Below are positions 1 to 13,420 of a stretch of DNA of 64,000 nucleotides, piece after piece. Under the pieces are notes generated by a model. It was not told the origin of the DNA. It saw nothing but the letters and a program-made list of their open reading frames with translations, and searched no databases. The translations under genes were made by a program, and so were the position numbers. Numbering within the stretch: the first letter of the stretch is position 1; every line of letters starts with the position of its first letter. Source of the DNA: Camelus dromedarius (lineage: Eukaryota); contig NC_087436.1 of the NCBI RefSeq assembly GCF_036321535.1, positions 48,982,001 to 49,046,000 of the forward strand, written 5' to 3'.

Positions 1-59
1 ATGGCATGAAAGGGAATGAAGTAGTTCATAGTCTGTGTTTACTTCATCCTTATTTGGCA

Positions 60-620
60 ACAATTTAATAAATGACTATTATGCACCATGTACTTTAGTA
101 GGTACTGCAGATACAAAGAAGTGACACTTCCCTCCAGGGACTTATGATGGCCAGGAGGGGAGAGGGAAAACCCCCATGTAGCATACCATGTGATAAGAAT
201 GGTAATAGCTATAAAACACAGTGGTGACCTATTCAGCTCTTGAGAAACTGAGCTATTTCCATAATAGTCTGCCCTTGAAATAGGAGCTAGGAGTGAGTGA
301 AAAGACACAGAGATGCACTGAGGGAATAGGTTCTGCTCAGAAACTGCAAGTGGTCTCATGTGGCTGGATGGTGCCATGCTTGTGGGAGGCTTCGGAAGAG
401 ACTATTTTGCTAGGTAGAGGCCAGACCGTGAAAGACCGTACGTAACATTAAGGAGTTGGAACTTTAGTCTGAAGGTGATTGAGAAGCACCGATGGATTTT
501 AGGCAGCAGACTAAGGTGATTAGATTGTGTTTCAGAAACTTTACTCTGGGAGTTAGTCATATGAAGAATGGAATTTGGGGGAGGATAGAATGCTCTCAAG
601 GGGAGAGCCGGCAAGCTCCG
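60..620 (-). mobile_element. Degraded L2 LINE fragment
   Basis: Purine-rich antisense-L2 motifs (aggagttggaactttagtctgaaggtgattgagaagcac...gatttt...tgtgtttcagaaac). Boundaries approximate. Confidence 0.55.
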
Positions 621-1129
621 GTGAGCAGCCGCACTGAATTTCTTTGGTAAGTTGGTTACCTAGGGTATAAAATGGATGGGCAGAATATTCATTGGGGAAG
701 GGTGGGTTTCGGATCATATTCCCTGATTTTCATTTCAGCTTCACCTTCCAGAGGGAAGAAGGGATTTTTGTCCCTATTTAGTCTTAATTGGAAGTCTCAA
801 GGTTAATTTCAGTGTAATGTGGGCACAATGAGCAAAAGATTACATTGGGACACTGGAGATTCTTGCCTTTTCCCACCTTTCTTTGTCATCCCAAAATATG
901 TGATTTCTTATCATTCCAGAGATTCCTGCTTTTCTCCGTCTACACAAGGACCCCCATTGGTCACAAGATGCATGCTGTTTGGCCTGTGCCCCACTTTCTC
1001 TGCTCGTATCTAGTTATCTGCCTGCTCTAACAATAACAGAAGAGTTGTTTGAAGAATATGTAAAGTATTTATATCAGTAAGTGGCTTGTGCAAATACTCA
1101 CTAGATGGTAGTTATAACCACTACAGCAA

Positions 1130-1640
1130 AAGCAGGGAGGGTGGAGAACAGAGGGTGAAAAAAAGGACATTGAACGTATGTGAGAGATGAAGGGAGTAAT
1201 TCCAGGCATAGCTCAGGAATCTAGTTTCAGTAAATATGTGGCTGGATAGTGGTGACAAAATAAGGAGAGCGTTTTGATGGGAAGACAACCAGTTTAGTTT
1301 TAGATGTACTGAGTCTGAGTCGCCATAGTATATTCAGGTAGAGAACGCCTTATGGAATTGGGTGTATGAGCCTGGGGTTCAGGGAAAAAACATCTAAGAA
1401 GGAGATGTAGGTATGTAAAACTTGAGTGGTAGAAACCATGAATCTGATATGGTCATTCAATAAGGTCCACAGAGTGAGAAGTGAAGAGAGCATGAGGACC
1501 AAATGCTAGGGAGCCTGGAAGAAAAAGAGTCTGTAGAAAAGTTTGAGAAGTTACAGCCAGAGAGAAAGGAGCAAAACTGGAAGGGGTGCCAGCAAAGCCA
1601 AGGATAAAATAGTGACAAATACTGCAAAGAGACTGAGTAA
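1130..1640 (-). mobile_element. Degraded L2 LINE fragment
   Basis: agtttagttttagatgtactgagtctgag...tattcaggtagaga matches antisense L2. Confidence 0.55.
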
Positions 1641-1689
1641 GTTTGTGGGGGACAGAGCCTCCTATTGTCCCCCAATATTAGTACTCCCC

Positions 1690-2120
1690 CTTTTCTATAA
1701 CAGTGAAGTTTTGGCTGCCCCAAAGAAAAACTACATCTCCCAGCCTCCCTTGCAGTAGGTGTGGCCATATGATGGAAGTCTGCCAGTGGGATGTAGGTAG
1801 AAGTGCTCTGTGATGATACCCAGTAACTTTTCTTTAAGAGGTACCTGGCTCATCCTTTACCCTTCTTCTCTGTTCTTTTGTTCGTTCTGCTACCTGGAAC
1901 TTGGATGCTACCTTGTCCATGAAGATAAGAGTGAGTGGAGCTGTGAGCTGGCAGAAGCTTTATCCCAGAGAACTTAGTGGAGCAGAGCTGCCATTCAGGT
2001 CTCAGATACATGCCTTTAGACTTTTACACAGTAGGGAAATGAATGTCTATCTTATTTAAAAGTAGTAAAGTTTTTTTTTTGTTTCCCATTTCTCCCAGCT
2101 GAACTTACTTCTGATCAATA
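1690..2120 (+). mobile_element. Old MaLR LTR (MLT1H/I/J-like)
   Basis: actacatctcccagcctcccttgcagtaggtgtggccatatga is a characteristic MLT1 motif. Confidence 0.6.
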
Positions 2121-2258
2121 TGCTGTTTTTTTTCTTTTCCCTTAGGAAAATATTTTGGGGAAAACCATGACTAGCTGAAGGCCCCCCCTCTTTACTACCC
2201 ATAAAATTTGACTCAAAAATTCTATGAAAATATTACATGAACTGTTACTTATGAAGAG

Positions 2259-2611
2259 TATTCTGAACTGAATGTTTGTTTCCCCATAAAATTCATATGT
2301 TGAAGCCTTAACCCCAAAGATGATGGTATTTGGAAGTAGAGACTTTGGGAGGTAATTAGTGTTAGAAGAAGTCATGAGGGAGGAGCCCCTGTGATGAGAT
2401 TAGTGCCCTGAGAGGAGGAGCGTTAGAGGAAGCTTTCTCTGTCTGCCATGTGAGGATACAATGAGAAAGCAATCTGGCAGGAGAGCTCTCACTAGGGGAA
2501 AAAATCTGCCTTGATCTTGGACTTCCCAGCCTCCAGATCTGTGAAAATAAATGTCTGTTGCTTGGACCACCCAGCCTAGGGTAATTTTTTATGGCAGCTT
2601 GAGCTAAGACA
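2259..2611 (+). mobile_element. MaLR solo LTR (MLT1A/MLT1A0-like)
   Basis: Starts gaactgaatgtttgtttccccataaaattcatatgttgaagc, has internal cttggacttcccagcctccaga and aataaa, and ends gagctaagaca. Confidence 0.85.
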
Positions 2612-2725
2612 AAGTATTTAAAATAAGAAGGTACTTGTATTAGCAAGGAAAAGAATGTAACAAGTTCAACTCTAGAAACCAACTACAATGATTTAGAAGA
2701 GAATTTTAGTTAAAATCTTAAGCAG

Positions 2726-3039
2726 TCAAAAGGTACAGACTTCCAGTTAAAAAATAAATAAGCATTAGGGATGTAATGTACAACTTGATAAATATAATTA
2801 ACACTGCTGTATGTCATATATGAAAACTGTTAAGAGAGCAAATCCTAATAGTTCTCATCACAAGGAAAATATTTTTCCTATGTCTTTAATTTTATTTTTA
2901 TATGAGATGATGGATGTTCACTAAACTTACTGTGACAATCACTTCACAATATATGTAAGTCAAATCATTATGCTGTACACCTTAAACTTATACCCTGCTG
3001 TCTGTCAATTAAATCTCAGTAAAACAGGAAGAAAAAAAA
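2726..3039 (+). mobile_element. 5'-truncated L1 3' UTR with A-rich tail (L1MA9-like/laurasiatherian)
   Basis: caaaaggtacagacttccagtt...gttctcatcacaagg...atcattatgctgtacaccttaaactta, followed by an A tail. Confidence 0.8.
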
Positions 3040-5158
3040 TCTTAAGCATAAATTATGGGTTGAAGATATATCCCAAAAGAAAGTTCTGTAGTTCTAAGTA
3101 AAACCCGATTGTCAAGACACAGTATTCAGATCACAGAGAAGGGGGAGGGATGGCTCCGAAGACAGAGCGTAGATAAGACCCCCTCCGTGGAAAGAAGGTC
3201 TGAGACCTGGGTGAGAAATGACAGACCACTGGCTGTTATCTCCCTGAGTAAGTAAATATTCCGTCCCCAAATGAAAGAGCTTTCCTGGCAGTTTTCACCC
3301 AAAGTGAGAGGAGAGCTCCCCACACAGTCTGCTTATCTCTCTTGGATAGGAACCCAGTCACTGGGACCAAACAAGGCAGCAGCCAAAATACCAGGTCACG
3401 TGTACATTTTCTGCCTTTCATTCTTAGCCTCCTTCTGTTCTCCAGGGGAGGGGAAAATGAGGAGGGAAGTGAGAAGGAAGAGGCTGCTTCTTCCAAAAGC
3501 CACTGTCCTTTGCCTTTAGTCTCATTGAGTTCCTACCTCGCCTGGGAATAACACAGACTCTTATGGGATACTCAAGGGACCTCGGTCAGGGTTATAAAAT
3601 TCAAACCAAATCCAGGTGCCAGGTGGAACATGCAGCCACAGGATTGAAACAAGCATATCCCCTGAGTATCAAGTCTATTTAAGATATTTGAAGAAAGAAC
3701 ATTATTTTCACGTGAAAGAATAGAATGGCGAATTTACATGAATTCTTAAGATAAAAAGAAACTCCAAATTATTTCATGCCTGTGGCTTCGGGTCAGAAGT
3801 CCACATTCCCTGGGGCTCACTATATTTCTCTTCTGACGTCAGGAATCTTTCAGTGAAAAATTTTCAGAAGCACTGCAGTAAGATAAATTCAGAAAAATGC
3901 GTTCATTGGATCTGACAATTCTGAGGTCTCTGGTGACAGGGGAAGAGCAGTTTCAGAGAATTGGTTTTAGGAGGGGATGCGGTGAGGCAGTGAGGGTAGT
4001 TGGGCCATAAAAAGAAGAAAGAGATGGTATAAGAGCCAGGGTGGGCTGTGGGGTCCTGCCCCATGACCACCGCTGTGCTCAGTGCCAGGCAGCACAGTGC
4101 CGCAATTGTGGTGGGGTCTCTCGAAGGAGAGGCCATTCCATCGCCGGGGCAGCACGCATCCAGCACACTGGGAGTGGGAGGGGGCCCGGAGCTGGGCAGA
4201 GACTGGCGAGCATTAGTGGGCCGTAGAGATGGACGGTGTACAACACGTAATAAGACCTGTGTTAGGAGCACCTGGGGTCTCCTTCTGACTGTGTCCAGAA
4301 TTAGCGATGCTGTTTTGAGCAAATCAGGTTCTTACCATTTTTTGTCTGCACAACGAGGTTTTTGGATTGAATGCTCATCAAGTATTAGTCCAGCCCTAAC
4401 GTTCAAGAATAAAGCTATTTATTTATTTGATGATAACTCATGGTCTCTTCCCAAACCTTTTTGACTTCCTGGCTACTTTAACTCCAGGTGGAAATCTTTA
4501 TAACAACTGGCACATTAAGAAAACATTGGTTCTCTGAGAGCTGAAAGTTAAAAGGTTTCTGCTGGCTCAGTTAGAAAAAGGTACCATAACATTTCCCTTC
4601 TCAAGGTGGGTAACACTGAGGGCCCTGTTCTTAGACCCATCCGTGACTCTTCATTCACCTCCCGTTAGTAAATACAGCTCTTGAGAATGCTTGCCTCTGC
4701 CAGCTGCTCTGCACTGCCTGCCAGCCTCTGGACATGACACGGGGGAAAAACCCCGGGCAGACCTGGTAACAAGAAGAGCATCAACACTCCTGTGTTCCCT
4801 CCGTGGGCCAGCCGGCTGACTGCAGACTCGTGTCGTCTGTCACTCACCTCATCTATTGTGAGTACTCACTGAGGACACTCTTCTGGGTGCTGGTGATGTG
4901 ACAGTAACAAAACAGACAAGAACCCCCACCCCCATCTCATGGAGCTTAGTCCTAGAGGGGTGCACCCGACGTCTTGCCCTTCTGCTGGGGAGGCTGGGCC
5001 ATGCCCATTTGAAATATGAACCAATGAATCTGGTTTCTGTTCCCAGTTGCTTATCCATTTTTCCTTCTTACAAGCTAACAAAATTCGTACCAGCAATGCA
5101 CCCAGTTAAAAATACTGACCTTTCCCTAGTGTCTGTGTCTAGTAGTTAGGGGTGGTCA

Positions 5159-5210
<52 letters not shown>
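5159..5210. repeat. Compound (GT)n(GA)n microsatellite
   Basis: Directly visible. Confidence 0.95.
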
Positions 5211-5213
<3 letters not shown>

Positions 5214-6126
5214 TAAATAATGTGTGTGTGAAATGAAATCATGAGATACACACAGAAGTCACGGGAAAAGGTTTCTATTCCCCCCAAATGAAAAAAGCCA
5301 CAGGAGGAGATGGGGTTTGGCTCTGATTGCCTACAGGAAGCGTGCTTGGCAGTGGAGTAACCATACTGAGGCCGTGAGGCCAAACACCACAAGTTAAGTA
5401 CTAGGAAGGAAAAAGCTGGAAGGAGCCAGCAAGCAGCTGCTGCAGTCCTGGACTATTGAGTTATGGATTTCTTGTTATGTGAGAAAAAAAAGATCCTTTT
5501 TTGGTTAAGTCCTTTTGTGAAGTTTCTATTCCAGGCAGGCAGGGGAAGTCCTCACTGATCCAAGTGACTGGCCCCGGCCACAGAAGCAGCGGTGACAGCT
5601 GGCATTAGTGCCCAAGTCTGTCTCCCTCCAAAGGCCATGTTCTTTCTGGGCTATTGTGCCCCTCGAGTCTTGTGCCCATCGAGTCCTGCACCCCTGCCAG
5701 CGTGCTTCTCCTTTTGGCTTCCAAGCAGCTGGGGAGTGTTAGGGACTCACAGGACTCTCACTCACTGGATTTGGTACTTGATTTCCGTAGGCATTTTGTG
5801 CAATATCTGACTTTTCAGAGCTCCATTCAAATCTGATGGCCTTTGACCTCCATGAGCCAGCTCCACAGCCCAACATCCCAGAACTTAACTTTCTCCTCAG
5901 AGAACAGAGCTGTAGAACTTGTTACTAAGCCACTCTGGTTTTATTTTTAATAGAGGAAACAAGGCCTAGTAGCCCCGGGACCCATCTTGACCTAACTCAG
6001 GAGACTGGAGGTCCATCCTCCACCTTGTATCCTGGTGACCTCCTTCTGCTGAGTTTTCCTTTCCTGTGTCAATTTGTGTATACTTGACTTTGAACACCAC
6101 CACCATTTTTCCATCATATGTTTTCT

Positions 6127-6269
6127 TTTTAAAAAAAAAATTTATTTCTTTGGGGGGGTAATTAGGTTTTTATTTATTTGTTTGTTTTTAATGGAAGTCC
6201 TGGGGATTGAACCCAGGACCTTGTGCAGCGTACTAGGCACACTCTACCACTGAGCTATATCTTCCCCCC
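6127..6269 (-). mobile_element. tRNA-Ala-derived SINE (camelid Vic-1-like)
   Basis: Reverse complement reads gggggaagatatagctcagtggtagag (A box)...gtcctgggttcaatcccc (B box)...attaaaaacaaacaaataaataaaaacctaattacccccc plus an AT-rich tail. Confidence 0.85.
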
Positions 6270-6466
6270 TTTTTTGTCGTGTTTTCTGAAGCTGACAGCT
6301 TTCCTGTTACTGCCAGTATTGGGAATAAAATGTCCTGATCTTTCACTGCTGTGTCTGGGTCTCCCTGCTGCAGGCCTGACACATTCCAGTGAGCAGGTGT
6401 GACACTCTCCCAACCTGTCCTCACTGGCCTGGATGAACTAGGTCAAGCCTATCTGTGTGCTGAGTA

Positions 6467-6529
6467 ACACACACACACACACACACACGCACACACGCAC
6501 ACACGCGCACGTGTGTGTGTGTGTGTGCA
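6467..6529. repeat. (CA)n followed by (TG)n inverted microsatellite
   Basis: Directly visible; centred on cacgtg at 6508-6513. Confidence 0.95.
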
Positions 6530-6962
6530 GTATAACAATCAAAACACTAGAAAAATTATTCAGGTGAGCCACTTTGTGGCATCTCTCACGTGGCATTGTC
6601 AGTGACTAATCTCTTCTCACAAAGTCTGCTAAAGGCACAGATTGCTGCTTCGGGGACACGCAGGAGACTCAGCTTTAGGAGAACAGAGTGCTGCCGTAGA
6701 ACATCAGTGCGTCACCCACTATACCTTCAAAGAACAGAAAGCTCGAAACTGTCTTTATCTCCAAGGACAAACTCCCCCTCAGGAAAAGGCATGTGATAGA
6801 TTGTAATTCCTTTACTGCAAACTTTTTTCAGCTCTGGTTCTCAGCAGTGTTCGTGGGGTAGGCACATAAAGTAGATGTAAACATATTCATAACTCAGTCG
6901 TTTTTTCAGATACTTCAAAATATTGCAGCATTGTGGTAAATGCATAAAAGGGGACACAAGCC

Positions 6963-7460
6963 CTGTTTTGGTTATCACTGTATAACCAACCGCCCTTAAA
7001 TTTAGTGCCTTCACACAACCTCCATGTTGATTTTCTCTCACAAGTCTGTGGGTTGGCTGGTATCAGCTCTGTTTCTTCTGCTCTACTTGGTGTTTGCTGG
7101 GGCTGCAATCATTCAAGGGCTTAACTGGCTGGCTGGTCCAAGACGGCTCATTCACAAGTCTGGTGCCTTGGCAGGGACAGCTGGAAGGCTGGACCACTTT
7201 CTCACTGGACAGTCTCAGGTCTAATCTCTCTCCATGTGTTATTTCCCGCAGGGTAGCTGGATTTCTTAAACGGCAGGCTCCACAAATCACAGAAGTAGAA
7301 ATTTCCAGCTTTCTTAAGGCTTAGGCCAGTCACTGGCACACTGTCACTTCCACTGCCTTGTGTTAGCTGAATCTTAGGGCCAGTGAGAGTCATTATGGGA
7401 CTAGATGACAGAGCAGCATGGACACCATGAGGCATGGTCCACGGAGGACCACCTACTGCA
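6963..7460 (-). mobile_element. Old MaLR LTR (MLT1G/H/K-like)
   Basis: ttatcactgtataaccaaccgcccttaaatttagtgcctt...tctcacaagtctgtgggttggctgg matches an antisense MLT1 3' end. Confidence 0.65.
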
Positions 7461-8129
7461 ACTGCTGTTCACTGTATCAAATGTGGAGATGATACTTGGT
7501 GTGTGAAACCACCCTTCATAGGAGAAAACAGGGTGCCAGATTAGATATGTGAGTCATCATGATGCCCACAGATCGGGAGCAACTAGAGACCACACAAGTC
7601 CATGAACCTGATTTGTTTCAAAAAACATGATCAGGACCTCAAAAAAAAATCACATTTTATTCAATTGTTACATATGTAAGAAATCAAGCTTTGTGAATAG
7701 ATGAATACATTTAATATTCTCAGGATAGTAACAAGTTAGTCACATCATGTATTTGGATATTTATTAAGGATAGGCACTGGAAATCAGTGTTTTTTCCATT
7801 GTTACGACAAATCCCACTTGTGCTCAAGTTCAACAGTCTGAACATGCAGGAATGTCTGTGGGGTGACTCTCCTGTGCTTTATCTTTTAACATTAAGTGCC
7901 TTAGGTTTGAGGGGGCAGTTATACGCCCTCTCCCCAAAGCCTTTAGTGATTGTGAATTGTGTGCAACACGGAGAAACCTGGTTAATTCTACATGTAGGAG
8001 GAAAGGAACAAGAAATTTGAATTAACTATATTCCAGGTGTCCGGTATTTTGTGATAGGCAAGTAGGAAATCTTGCTGGCTATGGAATATCAGATGCTTTG
8101 GATCACGCACTATATTGAATAAACTGGTA

Positions 8130-8310
8130 TATGCTAAAAAAATGATTTTATTTAATCTTCATAAATGCACTATGAGGTAGATATTATGGCCTCAAATTTC
8201 CAGATGAGAAACTGAACTTCAAAGAGGCTTTGTAACTAGCAACCGATGAGCCAGGATGTAGACCTAAGTTAAGTTGATATTGAAGCCTGTGTGTTTAAAC
8301 TCTACACTGT
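8130..8310 (-). mobile_element. MIR SINE
   Basis: ctatgaggtagatattat...cagatgagaaactgaacttcaaagagg (MIR core). Confidence 0.7.
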
Positions 8311-9017
8311 CACCTTACCTGTTTTGTCCCTGCTCACTATTCAGTTGTTACAAAATGATCTTCGGTTTAAGTGGACGCAAAAGCCACATCTCATGATCCT
8401 ATCTCTAAAGATTTAGAACCCATTTCCTATCTAAACAGCCTGCTTAAGATTTTAAAATCCAATTTCTATCTTGGCATGGTAGCCCAGACAATTCCCCAGA
8501 GCTCTCAGATCTACAAACATATGCCTCTGTGCTTAAACTTGAACGTCATCCAAACCCCAAGGTGAAGGTTGAGTGAGATTCTCCTCCAGGTTTATCTAGG
8601 TATCAGGGAAGTTTCCCCTATGGCACTAGAGCTGTGAATCACAAACTCATTCGTGCCATCTAAGGACAAAGAAATGGAACACCGGTGCTTTTCATTTTGT
8701 GGCAACATGATTTTGGAAACACCACCCCAAATCAGTTCACCTTATGAAATGTAAGAGGAAAGGTTTAGCGATGGAAATTGCCAGTAAATTCCATTGATAT
8801 GGCTCCTATGGGTGGGTCCTGGGTATACCTCCTTGGCACTCTGCTCCAGCCACGGTGACTTGCTGTCCTGCCTTGAGGCCTCTGTGCTGCTTGTCATTTG
8901 GAAAGTCTTTTGCTCAAATCTCCACCTTTCTAAATCTTTCCAGTCCAAGCTCAAAAGTCACCTTCCAAATCAAGTTTTTCCTTGTCATCTGAGTTGAATC
9001 ATCTCTTGTCTGTGAAT

Positions 9018-9410
9018 CTGTGTTAGCTATTGCTGCAGAAAAAAAATATATATATCTCCATCTCCCCCACAAAACTTAAAGACTTTAAAAAACACTGTTT
9101 TTCTGCTCACAGTTCTCCAGGTTAACAATTTGAGTAGAGCGCAGCTGGGATGGGTTGTTTCCATGTGATGTTAATGGGGTTTATTGATATGTTTGTAGTC
9201 TGTAGCTTGAGGCCAGCTGGCCAAGGAGGGCCTTAGTCCCACGTCCAAGGCCTTGACTGTGTTGTTTGGAATGACTGGGTAGTTTGAGTCTTCTCTCTCC
9301 CTGAGCACAGAGTGGATGTCACATGGCTGTGATAGAGCATCATTTTGCCACATTTTACAGGGGAAAGCAAGTCAAGAGGCTAGGCCAGGCATGACGGGTA
9401 GGGAAATTAA
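9018..9410 (-). mobile_element. Old MaLR LTR (MLT1-type)
   Basis: gttagctattgctgcag...ccccacaaaactta...gctcacagttct...gcagctggg. Confidence 0.6.
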
Positions 9411-9569
9411 AATATGCCTCCATACTTATTCTTTTTCAAATATGGCCTTACTGGTTTAATTTTTTTTTCATGAATTTTCTCTCATCTTCCTCAGTATTGC
9501 CATTTGTAATTAGTAAACTTGAAATAGTGAACATCTTCTATTGGGTTTTCTCTGCAAGCCATAATATTT

Positions 9570-10425
9570 TAAACTTGTTATTTTGAATTAATTTTATACT
9601 TCTAGGAAAGTTGCAAAACAGCCCCGACAGTTTCCAAATATCCCTCACTCGTCTTCCCCAGTGCCATTGGCTTACATAACCATGTCCAATTGTCAGGAAA
9701 AGGAAATGAAGTCTGCTTTAACACTGTCAACTAAACACCTGTCTTGAATTTCGACACTAATGTTCTTTTACTGTTCGAGAATCTACCCAGGCTCCCACTT
9801 GCATTTATTTGCTACTCCTCCTTAATCTTCGGCAGTCTTTCAAAGACTACCATTCCTCAGCCTTACCTTCTCTTTAATGACTTGCCATTTAAGAATAGTA
9901 TTCATCAGTTATTTTGTCAAGTGTCCCTCCTTTGAGTCTGCTGATGTCATGTTTTCTCGTGACTGGACACGATTGCACGTATTTGGGACAAAAGTACCAC
10001 AGATCTGATGGTGTGTCCCCCTCAGTGCGTCGTATCACAAGGTTCACGATGTGTTATTTCCTGGTACTGTTGACCTTGATCACTCACTTGGTTAAGGTAA
10101 TGTCTGCCTGGTTTCTCACTGAAAAGTGGCCATCTTTCCCTCTGAGGTCAATACTTGAGATACTTTGAAACTATGGATATACATTTCTCTTCAAAATTTC
10201 AAGCACTAAATCTAGCATCAATCTGAATTTTGTCTGTTGTAACAGTTATAACTGTAGTTTGCCTAATGGTGATTTTCAATTTTCTTCTTTCCTTCTATAT
10301 TTATTCACTGAAATTTACTGTAAGGGAGAGTTTTCCTTTGTCTTCGTTTATTTACATCAGTATGGACTCCATTTTATTCTATGGTTTAAAATCCAATACT
10401 AGCATTACTTATTTTGCTGCTCAAA
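9570..10425 (-). mobile_element. Old L1 3' end (L1MC4-like)
   Basis: ttattttgaattaattttatacttctaggaaagttgcaaa...ttgatcactcacttggttaaggtaatgtctgcc matches an antisense L1MC/ME 3' UTR. Confidence 0.7.
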
Positions 10426-13052
10426 AATGTAAACCATGATATTTTTAATTATGAAAATGTTCTCCTCTAAGCACAGAGACACCTAATAAACTCGGAGAAA
10501 ATTCTGCTAAATGGAAGATATTAATATTTTGACTATAGATCTCTATTAAAATGTATAAATATTTGATCTGAAATATTTTCATTGAGACTGTCTTTTTGTC
10601 CTCATTTTCATTCTTTTCATTCTTTATTTTTACAAAATAAAACTCATCAAATAAGCTATTTCTATTTATGATTTTTTAATATTTTTCTAAATACAGATAT
10701 TGTAGAATCTGGTACAGGATATAACTTTATCCTATTAAATACGAGCTCTGTCAAAAGCTTCTTTTCATAAGTCAAGTCTTCCAAAATCAATTATAAAATG
10801 TCAAAATTAAATCTTTTCCACAATATGAATTCTCATTGTTTTTTTTTAGTTAATTCCTTGTTTTCATAGGGATAAATTCTAGTATCTACCCATTTGCATT
10901 TTTGTTTTCAATAATTGCAGTTGTAAAGACTGAAAAGCTGAAGTTACTCCTTCCCTCTGTTTGTTGACTTTCTTAACTAAAGAACTTCTAACTGATTTTG
11001 AACAAAATACAATTTCTAAAAGCTGATTAGTGACCAGCAGCAGCAGCAAAAAAAAAAAAAAAAAAAAATTGCATGGTCATGCGTAAGATTATTTTTTAAA
11101 TTAACGTCAGCTTGGCTTCCAAATATTGTATATAATTCATTCTAATTTTGAATATATAAAACTATGTGTGAACTTTGACTACGGTTACCATTTCAGTCCT
11201 GGAACTAATTCCTGTGGATGCTGAAGGACAGCTTTCTGCTTTAAAATGATGAGCATGGTCTTTTTAAAATAATGACTAATTTTTGATGCAGATGTTGCTG
11301 CTTCTTCAGTAAATTTCTGTCTTCTGATTGTTTTATGGGTCAGTGACAGCACTGAAGACCCCAGGGTAAATGGTATTTTGTGTGTCATATGTTGACCATC
11401 AACCTTCTTGAGAAACAGAAAATCAATACTTAATTTTGATTAAATGTGCATATGTTAAACCCTCACTTATGAAGGAGTTTATTGCAAAATAAAATAAGCA
11501 TAACCAGACAATTAAAAGGTGACAGATTTACATCAGATGATAAATAACCAAACTACTGCAGCAATAGCATCCAGGTGCTCAGTAGCAGGACTGCTCAGCC
11601 TCTGCTTCCCACATGCATTTCACTTGCATCTAATCTTTAATTCCTTACATGACCCACGAAACCCACTGACTGCTATCCTAGTGGCTTCATGCTTCCCACT
11701 GGTCCTGGCATGGGCCACCCAGCACGGGTCACAACACAACTAGCTGCTGTACTGTGGATGGCAAGGTTTGTAGCATCAAATACATCTCCCACCACCACCG
11801 AGAACAGGAAGCAGTTAGCTGTTGCTAGCTTCTCATGTCCGAACGTCATCATTTTATCAGCCAGTACCCTGTATGCTGTACTTCAAAGGAAGATGTAAGT
11901 GTCCTTGAGACTAGAAGAGACTGGGAAAGCTGAGATGGGCTCTCTTTCAGAGTTTACCATGTGAGAACTCTGTCAAATGCACCTGCCTCTTACATTCTAC
12001 TAAGAGAGGCCATGTCAGAAACTGAAGTACTATATAGCGGTCTTACCAATCTCTTATGATGCAACTATCAATAATGATCCTTCTTTAAAAAGGAGAAAAT
12101 CCAAGACAAATGCTAAACTGAACTGAGTATTTGAATAATAGGCCAAAACCAGGATGTTCTAGGCAAATCAGGATTTGTGACTCCCTAAACCTGGAATTGT
12201 TTTTGACTCCAGCACATGCAACCAGCCCCTACATTTTGTCTGTGCTTTCTTCCATGTTTCATTGGAATCTGACCCCTATTTCTGTTACCACTGTATCCAT
12301 CTTAGCCTAGATGTTTGTTGCCACAAGGCTGAATTATCTGTAATGACGTACTTACTGGTCTTGTACTCATTTTCTCCTCTATCCCTTCTCTTCATACCAA
12401 CCATAGTTTTCTTTGTCCAGAAACTTTCATGTCTCATCACATCCTTGCTGAAAAATCTTTTAATGGCTCCTCATTACCTGCAGGGTTAATTCCAAGCTTT
12501 GATTCCAACTACAGCCTTTCCCTATTCTATACTTAGAGATTCATTTCTTATTCCTCCCTTACATGAATTCTTCACTCAAGCTTGACTTGGTCACTCACCA
12601 TTTCCTTAACATCCTTGGTATTTGGCACCTGCTGTCCATGCTTTTGTTCGTGTTATTACTTCCACTTAGTCTTCCCAACCTGGACCTCACTTGCTGAAAT
12701 CTGATCTATACCTTTAAGCCCAAGGAACATTTTCAAGAATTCTTCTCTGATTCCCCATCTAGAAATAATCTCTTTATCCACCAAAGTTCTGCAGTAGAGT
12801 AGAAAATACTCTGATGATGTATTACACAAATGTCTTCAATTCAAGGGGCTATTTGCACACTTTTGAAGGACACAGATCATCTCTTTCATCTTTTGATACC
12901 CGACAATGTCACACAGCACCCTAATTATTGTACATTCTGCTGCTTAACAGCTATTCATTGTGTGAATAAATAAATGGCCAGTGAATCCACACTAAAGTGA
13001 CAATAAATAGAGTCCCTTCTTTAGAAAATATTTGTACAGTTTATTGGAAACT

Positions 13053-13420
13053 ATATTAGTCGGCATGGGCAACCATAACAAAATAACATAGGTTGGGGGG
13101 CTTAAGCAACACATTTATTTCTCATAGTTCTGGAGACTGGGAAGTCCAAGGTCAAGGTGACAGCAGGTTCAGCTCCCGGGGAGGATTTCCGGGCTTGCAG
13201 AGAGCCGCCTTCCTGAGTCCTCACATAGTGAAGAGGGAACTCTCATCTCTCTTTCTCTGCTTATAAGGACACTAATTCCATCCTGGGTCAACCCCCCTTG
13301 TGACTTCATCTAAACTTAAATTACCTCCCAAAGGTCCCCCCTCCTGGTGGTACCATCATGCTGGGCTTTAGGACTTCCAACATATGAATTTTGGGGGAAC
13401 ACAAACATTTAGCACATAAT
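13053..13420 (-). mobile_element. MaLR solo LTR (MLT1A/B-like)
   Basis: atttatttctcatagttctggagactgggaagtccaaggtcaaggtg...catatgaattttgggggaacacaaacatttagcacata. Confidence 0.85.

Noticed and set aside
3903..4464. Overlapping 138/139-aa ORFs as a novel gene
   Set aside because: No recognisable domain, non-ATG starts, and explained by local GC richness in repeat-derived DNA.
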